A stretch of DNA of 6,937 nucleotides from the IMG/VR virus record IMGVR_UViG_2617270978_000007; one strand, 5' to 3'. The DNA comes from a virus. Lineage: Duplodnaviria > Heunggongvirae > Uroviricota > Caudoviricetes. Shown here piece after piece: positions 1-5,381 of the stretch; the stretch's first letter is position 1, and the number at the start of each line of letters is the position of its first letter. Made by a program: the position numbers and the translations under genes. The notes under the pieces are model-generated. The model did not search any database. It worked only from the letters and a program-made list of their open reading frames with translations, and was not told where the DNA came from.

Positions 1-756
1 GGGGTTTACCCCCTCGTTCAAACGGGCTTTCCAGGCTTTGAAGGCTGCTGATTTTGAATTGCCACCAGCACGTTTGGGATATTCCTGCCAGGCCTGTTCA
101 AATTCCGGTGAATATTCCTGTCGGGCAGAACGCGCTGGCGCAGACGCGTCAGCGGATGCATCAATAGTGTTTTTAGTCTCCGTTGTAATCTCTGTAGTAA
201 TCTCTGTATTTGTATCAACATTCGGCGTATCCCCTGTTCCGTTATGACGTCGGGGGGTGTTCCGTTTTAACGTAATAGCTGTATCGCTGATTGCATTATT
301 GCTGTTACTTTCTGGCGAAACAGAAGAAGGTGTGGTGATGGCCGCAATTGCCTGTGGGTTGATCCCGACAAACAAAATATTGCTGCATTTCACCCCATCG
401 AGCATTTCCACCGTGCGTAAATCCAGAGTAATAAACCCTGCATCGCGCAGACGCTTCAGCGCATCTGCGGTTTCCCTTTTCCCGAAACCAAACTGCTCAG
501 CAAACGCCTGGTAGCTTCTTTGCAGTTTGTCGCCCTGAAAACGCTTGCGATATCCCAGCAACGCTCCGGTGTGCTCATCCCTGACCTCTGTCGGGCGGTA
601 CCAGTAAACGATCTCTGAAAGCAGAGCGATAGCCGTCGCATCCGGACGCCCACTGGGTAGTCGAATATATTTCCACCAGGTCGCAGGTGTAACATTGCCG
701 GAAATATTAATTTGACCAATAGCCATAACTTCCGGTGTGGGGGCGTAACGGCTCAT
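1..756 (-). CDS. Phage replication initiation protein (O-like / replisome-organiser type); 5' 252 codons only, the 3' end lies beyond the window start
   Basis: Hand translation of the - strand from ATG at 756..754 is open through position 1 (MSRYAPTPEVMAIGQINISGNVTPATWWKYIRLPSGRPDATAIALLSEIVYWYRP...QEYSPEFEQAWQEYPKRAGGNSKSAAFKAWKARLNEGVNP). SD GGAGG at 761..765, 4 nt before the ATG. The ATG overlaps the upstream gene's stop by 4 nt. A winged-helix-like N-terminal region, a Thr-rich linker and a C-terminal motif recalled from phage replication proteins support the call, as does its position at the end of the early-right operon. Not in the ORF track because it has no stop inside the window. Confidence 0.68.
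   Translation of the reverse strand, partial: MSRYAPTPEVMAIGQINISGNVTPATWWKYIRLPSGRPDATAIALLSEIVYWYRPTEVRDEHTGALLGYRKRFQGDKLQRSYQAFAEQFGFGKRETADALKRLRDAGFITLDLRTVEMLDGVKCSNILFVGINPQAIAAITTPSSVSPESNSNNAISDTAITLKRNTPRRHNGTGDTPNVDTNTEITTEITTETKNTIDASADASAPARSARQEYSPEFEQAWQEYPKRAGGNSKSAAFKAWKARLNEGVNP
183..206. repeat. Perfect 12-bp tandem duplication (gtaatctctgta x2) inside the replication gene linker, with a degenerate third copy adjacent
   Basis: Directly visible: gtaatctctgta gtaatctctgta at 183..206, encoding TEITTEITTE on the - strand in the Thr-rich interdomain linker. Lambdoid origins lie as iterons inside the O-gene linker, so this is a possible iteron set. Confidence 0.5.
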
Positions 757-1052
757 ACAACCTCCTTCCGCAGCATGAGAATTGTGTAGCCACGCGCAGG
801 TTGTAGTCTGGCTTTTGCATCAATAGTAAGCGTTGCAATTTTTCGGATATGAAGATAACCAGCTCTTTCCAGTGCCAGGGTTTCCCTGAATATCGCTTGC
901 TTAGAACAACAGCAGAAATCAGCAAGCACCTGATGATCAATAACTCTCTCGCCTTCACCGTCTGAAGAACCCGACATCAAAACACGCAACATAATCAGGC
1001 GCTGAATCGGGTTATCGAAAGCACATCCGCACACAAACTGAAAACAGTTCAC
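753..1052 (-). CDS. Hypothetical small protein (99 aa), possibly DNA-binding
   Basis: ORF-track ORF; GTG start at 1052..1050 preceded by GGAGG with 8-nt spacing. Its start overlaps the upstream stop (GTGA) and its stop overlaps the replication gene start (ATGA). No family recognised by eye. Confidence 0.55.
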   Translation of the reverse strand: MNCFQFVCGCAFDNPIQRLIMLRVLMSGSSDGEGERVIDHQVLADFCCCSKQAIFRETLALERAGYLHIRKIATLTIDAKARLQPARGYTILMLRKEVV

Positions 1053-1273
1053 GCCACACCTCCCAGACGCTTAAACATTTTTCCGGAGCAAAAGGCTATA
1101 AGCGGCATACTGATGCGGTAATTACGGCCCAGCGGTTCACAAATCACCTTCTGACATTCACGGTCAACCAGGCTGACACGTAGAACATGCCCTGCAGGCG
1201 TGGTGTACCACTGACCAGGACGAGGACAACGGAAAGTCTGATTGGTAAACCGTTTGAAAATATTCCGGATCAT
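1049..1273 (-). CDS. Hypothetical small protein (74 aa), Cys-containing
   Basis: ORF-track ORF; ATG at 1273..1271 overlaps the Rha ORF stop (ATGA). A purine-rich SD-like stretch lies upstream. Function unknown. Confidence 0.5.
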   Translation of the reverse strand: MIRNIFKRFTNQTFRCPRPGQWYTTPAGHVLRVSLVDRECQKVICEPLGRNYRISMPLIAFCSGKMFKRLGGVA

Positions 1274-2418
1274 TTGCGCCCCCTTACCTCTGAAGGGTTC
1301 AGCGACAAATTTATGAGACTGGCCAGTAGCGCCGCGTCGTTGATGCGGTCATACAGACTTACAGCCAGCGGGGATTCGGCTTTTGCCAACATGGGATAAA
1401 GCTGCTGCAGCCAGACCTGATGAATTGATGAAATGTAGGAATAGAGAACGCTGGCGTTATGTGCAACGTCGCTCAGTACAGAGGGATTTGAAAGCTGTTT
1501 CTCCATCTGGTTAAAGGCATTGATGTATGCCTCTTTGAACTGGGCAGCACGTTTACCCGTGAAACCCATAGCAAGAAACGCAAAGCCGTCGCGGGTTATT
1601 TGATAGCAAGGTAGTTTGCGGCCTGTGCAATCGGTGTAATCACTCACCGAAAAATTGCGGGAAGTGAATGATGCAGAGCATTCAAGCGTGCGGATCTTTT
1701 TCAGTACATCGTCATGACGTTTGGAGAAGAAGTTGGCAACAGCCAGGGATGAAGTAACAGCCTGACCATCAACGATGGCAATTTCAGGTTGAGTGAGGGT
1801 TGGGATCGTAGCCATGATGGCAGCCTCCGTTGACTGTGGAAAACTTCCACCACCGGAGCTGCGAAACTCACTGGTGGCAGACTGAACAGGGTTCGCAGTA
1901 CCGGCGTCAACGGAGACCGGCGAGCCTTTCGGCTCCCCTGCCCAGCCCACCATAATTCTGGCGTGCGTGAGCGCGGACGATAAAAAAGACGCTGGCGCGT
2001 CATATATCGCCGTTGACAATTCCGGGCTGCGACCCCCGGCACCCGCTTTATAAGGTGCCTGAGCAGTGTAACGTCCCGGAATTGCAGAATCAATATGCTG
2101 GTGGTCCTTCACACTCAACAAAATCACGCCTGAATTTCCACAAAGGACTAAAGCACTCATGCGGGTAGTCTTTGCGAAGATAGATAACGCGCTGTGTTTC
2201 TGGCTCCCAACGAATAACATGGACATAAAGCCCTCTTCCGTCACGAAACCAGCGGTTAAGTTCCTGCACAACTCGCCCCCCACAGTCAGGTAAAGTTCTC
2301 TGTGGTTACTTACAGCCAGGTGATTTGGTAATCTGCATTCATGCCGTAACAACAGGTGTTCAGCGACGCTGACCACCAGCTGTTGCGACAAACGGTTATT
2401 TGCCGTTAAACTATTCAT
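1270..2418 (-). CDS. Rha-family phage regulatory protein (382-aa ORF; the Rha domain is the C-terminal 181 aa, with an alternative internal start at 1815)
   Basis: The C-terminal half (MATIPTLTQPEIAIVDGQAVTSSLAVANFFSKRHDDVLKKIRTLE...) carries the F-x-KRH-D-x-VL-x-x-IR signature of Phage_pRha proteins. An internal ATG at 1815..1813 is preceded by GGAGG at 1824..1828. The full ORF starts at an ATG at 2418..2416 that overlaps the upstream stop (ATGA), and its N-terminal ~200 aa are low-complexity (Ala/Gly/Ser-rich) with no recognised domain. Boundaries are uncertain between 1270..1815 and 1270..2418. Confidence 0.55.
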   Translation of the reverse strand: MNSLTANNRLSQQLVVSVAEHLLLRHECRLPNHLAVSNHRELYLTVGGELCRNLTAGFVTEEGFMSMLFVGSQKHSALSIFAKTTRMSALVLCGNSGVILLSVKDHQHIDSAIPGRYTAQAPYKAGAGGRSPELSTAIYDAPASFLSSALTHARIMVGWAGEPKGSPVSVDAGTANPVQSATSEFRSSGGGSFPQSTEAAIMATIPTLTQPEIAIVDGQAVTSSLAVANFFSKRHDDVLKKIRTLECSASFTSRNFSVSDYTDCTGRKLPCYQITRDGFAFLAMGFTGKRAAQFKEAYINAFNQMEKQLSNPSVLSDVAHNASVLYSYISSIHQVWLQQLYPMLAKAESPLAVSLYDRINDAALLASLINLSLNPSEVRGRK

Positions 2419-2972
2419 GCGTTAGTTTCTCCACAACCAGAAGCAATCGACGCCACGACGCCCGGAGCTGCACACTCGCGGGCGTTACTATTTTCTGGAG
2501 CGCAGAAGATTTTGTAGACCAGTGCTGCATGCTCCTGGAGCTTCGAAATTGAGAGGTACAGCTCGTCGTTAATTGCTGTCTTCTCATGCGGTTCCACTAC
2601 ACCGTCTTCGATTGCTGAACGAATCTGTCTGGAATAACTGCCGATCTGTTCAATGACTTCCAGCAGACGCTGGTTAATATCGGCGTTGTCCACATCCTCG
2701 ACGTCAGGAAGAGACACAAAGACGCCATTTGCAGACTGCGCCACAGCGTCAGCAATGAAGTGAGTTCCACCAGCACGTTGTAAAATCATTGCCCATCCCA
2801 GCGGGAAAATCTGATCGCCATCGGCACGAAGGCGATTGAATAAAGCGTTCTCTGTTACATCCAGCCAGTCAGCGGCTTCAGCGTAACCCCCCGGCAACGC
2901 CGCGATAGTTTTTCTGACAGCTTTCACGTACCACTCAGGCTGTTTTTCTATTTTCCAGTGATGCTTACCCAC
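2415..2972 (-). CDS. CII-like / YdaT-family early regulatory protein (putative)
   Basis: ORF in the position of cII, immediately downstream of cro. Preferred start is GTG at 2972..2970 with AAGGAG SD 6 nt upstream; the ORF-track ATG at 3077 would overlap cro and has no SD. Family assignment is from recalled resemblance and gene order only. Confidence 0.6.
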   Translation of the reverse strand: MGKHHWKIEKQPEWYVKAVRKTIAALPGGYAEAADWLDVTENALFNRLRADGDQIFPLGWAMILQRAGGTHFIADAVAQSANGVFVSLPDVEDVDNADINQRLLEVIEQIGSYSRQIRSAIEDGVVEPHEKTAINDELYLSISKLQEHAALVYKIFCAPENSNARECAAPGVVASIASGCGETNA

Positions 2973-2994
2973 GGCTATCTCCTTAAAACTGTGG

Positions 2995-3243
2995 TTACTT
3001 TTCATCTGATGAATCTTTAATCTTTTGAAAAATATCTGGACGTAATTTTTCTTTTGATATGCCAGTGGTCTTTTCAATGAATATCGAAAGCTTTGCAGGG
3101 GGACGCTTTTCTCTGTTCAACCAGTTCCAGACATGTTGTTGCTTTACTAAATGACCGCTGCTGGCTGTGAGCTTCCGAGCCAATTCTGATTGACCACCAG
3201 CCAGAGCGATTGCCTCCGATAAGGCTAATTGCTCAGGTGTCAT
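2995..3243 (-). CDS. Cro-like HTH transcriptional regulator (YdaS-like)
   Basis: 82-aa ORF divergent from the repressor. ATG at 3243..3241 with AAGGAG SD 6 nt upstream. N-terminal HTH-like segment (LSEAIALAGGQSELARKLTASSGHL). Size and position match Cro. Confidence 0.75.
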   Translation of the reverse strand: MTPEQLALSEAIALAGGQSELARKLTASSGHLVKQQHVWNWLNREKRPPAKLSIFIEKTTGISKEKLRPDIFQKIKDSSDEK

Positions 3244-3378
3244 AGCTTTCTCCTTTTTTGGTAGTTAAGTTGTTACGAGCTGCAAGAATACAACATTAAC
3301 AACTTTTACCACAACTTTTAGATGTTGGAAAGCTAAAACATAAAGTTGTAACCTCATCAAAAAAGAGAGGGATATGTT
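3244..3378. promoter_or_regulatory. OR-like divergent operator/promoter region between the cro-like and cI-like genes
   Basis: 135-bp AT-rich intergenic region between divergent repressor and cro starts. It contains repeated ACAACT/AGTTGT motifs in both orientations: AAGTTGTTA 3267..3275 with its reverse complement TAACAACTT 3297..3305, and ACAACTTTTA at 3299..3308 and 3311..3320 as a direct repeat. It shares the 12-mer ACATAAAGTTGT and 9-mer ACCACAACT with the region at 4991..5025. Exact -35/-10 elements were not resolved. Confidence 0.6.
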
Positions 3379-4065
3379 GTGAAAACACTGGCAGAACGAT
3401 TAAAGATAGGTAGAGAGAAAGCTGGCATGAGCCAAGCTCAACTAGCTGAAAAAATTGGACTTTCACAACAATCTGTAGCCAAAATAGAGAATGGCGAAAC
3501 TCTACAACCGCGCAAAATTAAAGAAATTGCAAAAGTTTTAGGTGTATCACAAAAGTGGTTACAACTTGGTATTGAAGACAACGCATCCATACCTGATCTT
3601 GTTGTAAAAGAAGCAGAAAGCACCGCATTAGACCCCGATATTTTCGTAAACATTCCTGTTTTAGATGTCGAGTTATCGGCAGGTAACGGATGTCTGGCTG
3701 AAATAGTTGAATCAGCTATTGACTGGTTTCCGTTAAGAAGAGCAGATTTGAGAAAATCTGGCGTATGTGCATCTAATGCCAAGATCGTACAAATATGGGG
3801 GAACAGTTTATTACCGGTTCTCAATAATGGAGATCTTGTTGCCGTTGATATTTCTCAAACCGTTCCTATTCGTGATGGCGATCTTTATGCCGTACGAGAT
3901 GGTGTATTGCTAAGGGTTAAAATACTTATCAACTTACCTGACGGTGGCTTGATTCTTAGAAGCTTCAACAAAGATGAGTACCCAGATGAAATACTCACCT
4001 TTGAAGATAGACGAGCCAGAATTCATGTTATAGGTAGGGTATTCTGGTCATCGCGAACTTGGTAA
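3379..4065 (+). CDS. CI-like prophage repressor (XRE-type HTH N-terminal domain + LexA/S24 peptidase-like autocleavage domain)
   Basis: 228-aa ORF, GTG start at 3379 with GAGGGA SD-like sequence 7 nt upstream. N-terminal HTH (MSQAQLAEKIGLSQQSVAKIENGE). An Ala-Gly candidate cleavage site (LSAGNG), a GNSLLP segment with the candidate catalytic Ser and a downstream Lys (LLRVKIL) match the Ser/Lys dyad arrangement of LexA and lambda CI. Confidence 0.9.
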   Translation: MKTLAERLKIGREKAGMSQAQLAEKIGLSQQSVAKIENGETLQPRKIKEIAKVLGVSQKWLQLGIEDNASIPDLVVKEAESTALDPDIFVNIPVLDVELSAGNGCLAEIVESAIDWFPLRRADLRKSGVCASNAKIVQIWGNSLLPVLNNGDLVAVDISQTVPIRDGDLYAVRDGVLLRVKILINLPDGGLILRSFNKDEYPDEILTFEDRRARIHVIGRVFWSSRTW

Positions 4066-4938
4066 TGCATCGAAAAGCATTTCTTCAGAAATAATTTTAA
4101 GTTTTGCACCATTATCATCCCTATAAGATATAGCCTTTTCGATCTTCCTTCCGTGACTAGAGAATTTCCAATCACGGGAGGAAAGCGTCCCAATTACTAA
4201 AAAATCCAACTTTTGAGTAATTCCACTACTGATGTTCCCACCAGCATTTTTAATCAAATTTTCAACTACGGCTCTCTTTCCTGCAACAAAAGTGCCTGTA
4301 AGACAATAGGTTTTACCCTCTAACTCTATCGAAGCCCCTACATCAATAGGCAGCCTGGTCGCCAAACCATCCACCACCCCACTTTCCAAGTCACATCCTG
4401 TGAAGTCTACTAATGCCTTATGTAGAGTTAAACTCTCATCTTCAGTAATAACACCATCTTTAAGAATTTCCTTTACAAGTGCATAAAGTTTTTTTCCTGG
4501 GTAGTTGTTCTTCAAAGCTCCATTTTGCTCAAGCCACCAATTAAGATATCTTATTTCTTCTTGAGTTAAGTTCCGATCAGCAATTAATCCTTTACATAGT
4601 CCATTAAGTAAATGGACATCTACATCCTTGGAGTAAAAATCAATTTCAGGGATATCAAGAATTTCCCTCTGTATTTGGAGAAGGCTATTTTTAAGGTCAT
4701 CACGTTCTTCTGATGTGATTATTCCATCCGCAAGAATATCCGACACCCGAGCAGATAGACTTTTTATAACTCCATTATTGATAATCTGCTTTGCTTCAAG
4801 TAACCATGTATCTAAGTAAAGAACCTCCTCTTCACGGACAACTCCATCTGCAATGATTCCATCAATGATGCTAATCAAGTTAGCAAATAACTTGTCCCGG
4901 TTCTGTGTGTAATTAAAAGCGTAAAGCGCGTCTTCCAT
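4048..4938 (-). CDS. TerB-like repeat protein with C-terminal BRCT domain (296 aa); accessory (moron) gene
   Basis: ATG at 4938..4936 with GGAGG at 4943..4947 (MEDALYAFNYTQNRD...); the ORF-track start at 4968 lacks an SD. Four ~35-aa repeats carry the motif (I/L)ADG-x-(I/V)-x-x-EE (IADGVVREEE, LADGIITSEE, IADRNLTQEE, LKDGVITEDE), resembling TerB-type domains. The C-terminal ~85 aa (GKTYCLTGTFVAGKRAVVENLIKNAGGNISSGITQKLDFLVIGTLSS...AKLKIISEEMLFDAL) match the BRCT pattern of NAD-ligase C-termini. The stop at 4048..4050 overlaps the repressor 3' end by 18 bp. Confidence 0.8.
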   Translation of the reverse strand: MEDALYAFNYTQNRDKLFANLISIIDGIIADGVVREEEVLYLDTWLLEAKQIINNGVIKSLSARVSDILADGIITSEERDDLKNSLLQIQREILDIPEIDFYSKDVDVHLLNGLCKGLIADRNLTQEEIRYLNWWLEQNGALKNNYPGKKLYALVKEILKDGVITEDESLTLHKALVDFTGCDLESGVVDGLATRLPIDVGASIELEGKTYCLTGTFVAGKRAVVENLIKNAGGNISSGITQKLDFLVIGTLSSRDWKFSSHGRKIEKAISYRDDNGAKLKIISEEMLFDALPSSR

Positions 4939-4990
4939 ACAACCTCCTTTTTTTGATAATCCTTGCACTCCTTGGCTACTCGTTCAAACC

Positions 4991-5037
4991 ACATAAAGTT
5001 GTTGGCAACATTCAAAACCACAACTAAATTACAACTT
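4991..5037 (+). promoter_or_regulatory. OL-like operator region with predicted rightward early promoter (-35 TTGGCA 5002..5007, 17-bp spacer, -10 TAAATT 5025..5030)
   Basis: Shares ACATAAAGTTGT (4991..5002, identical to 3338..3349) and ACCACAACT (5017..5025, identical to 3308..3316) with the OR region, plus ACAACTT at 5031..5037. A perfect palindrome TGTTG-G-CAACA at 5000..5010 overlaps the candidate -35. The promoter is by eye only. Confidence 0.45.
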
Positions 5038-5121
5038 AAAGGTGTTAAGACAACGAACAGGCAGGACACCCACGAAGTAGCCGCCTGGGGCATATGAAGT
5101 CCAGGATGATTCGTTAGCAAC

Positions 5122-5145
5122 AAAAAAGCGCCCTACAGGACGCTT
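5122..5145 (-). terminator. Rho-independent terminator on the - strand (8-bp stem with one G.U pair, 4-nt loop, U-rich tail)
   Basis: The - strand RNA reads AAGCGUCC-UGUA-GGGCGCUU followed by UUUUGUU (from the + strand A-run 5122..5127). On the + strand the same stem has a C/A mismatch and no U-tract, so termination looks - strand specific. It lies about 240 nt downstream of the 144-aa gene stop and upstream of the OL region. Confidence 0.5.
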
Positions 5146-5146
5146 A

Positions 5147-5159
5147 GCTCTTTAACAAT
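5147..5159 (+). promoter_or_regulatory. boxA-like element (GCTCTTTAACAAT), candidate antitermination (nut-like) site about 120 nt downstream of the predicted early-left promoter
   Basis: GCTCTTTAACAAT at 5147..5159 matches the rrn-type boxA as recalled (GCTCTTTAACAA) and the lambda nut boxA core (CGCTCTT-A). It follows the 5126..5145 hairpin, giving a hairpin-then-boxA order like rrn leaders. Confidence 0.4.
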
Positions 5160-5381
5160 CTGGTCCCCATCAACAAGTAACTGATAACTTGAGGAGGTGT
5201 GAAATGCACAAAACAGAACCCAAAATCGTCGCGCCTAGCTACACAGATGAGTAAATTTATGAGTGGATGACAAAGAAGCTGGCAGCTATAAACCAGCTTC
5301 GTGAAGTGCTGTCTTATCGACAGGAAACAATAGACTCCTTAAAAAAACTGGATCAGGAAATCACGGTTTTATCACAGGATG

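Noticed and set aside
18-719. ORF-track ORFs 18..221 (-), 38..247 (+), 257..514 (+) and 456..719 (-) overlapping the replication gene
   Set aside because: All are in alternative frames or antisense to a long well-supported ORF (SD, ATGA coupling). They have no SD, and their sequences are Arg/Leu-rich as expected for out-of-frame readings.
754-767. Identical 14-mer CATACAACCTCCTT at the translation starts of the replication gene (754..767) and the TerB-BRCT gene (4936..4949)
   Set aside because: Both are SD-plus-start contexts (GGAGGTTGTATG on the - strand); a shared 14-mer of this kind is plausible by chance once the SD is constrained. Noted only as weak evidence of common origin or recombination.
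707-958. 83-aa - strand ORF 707..958
   Set aside because: Overlaps both the 99-aa gene and the replication gene start in a different frame, with no SD; the ATGA-coupled gene models explain the region better.
1701-2093. 130-aa Arg-rich - strand ORF inside the Rha ORF region, and + strand ORF 1187..1399
   Set aside because: Alternative-frame or antisense ORFs in a GC-rich segment; composition is typical of non-coding frames and they lack an SD.
2973-3077. ORF-track ATG start at 3077 (or internal ATG at 3005) for the CII-like gene
   Set aside because: Would overlap the cro-like gene by 11 to 83 nt and has no SD; the GTG at 2972 with AAGGAG 6 nt upstream, just after the cro stop, is the better start.
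3438-3824. 128-aa - strand ORF antisense within the repressor gene
   Set aside because: Fully nested antisense to a high-confidence HTH/S24 repressor; no SD and low-complexity content.
4875-5123. 82-aa - strand ORF spanning the TerB-BRCT start and the OL-like region
   Set aside because: Different frame from the TerB-BRCT gene, would place the operator/promoter motifs inside coding sequence, and has no SD.
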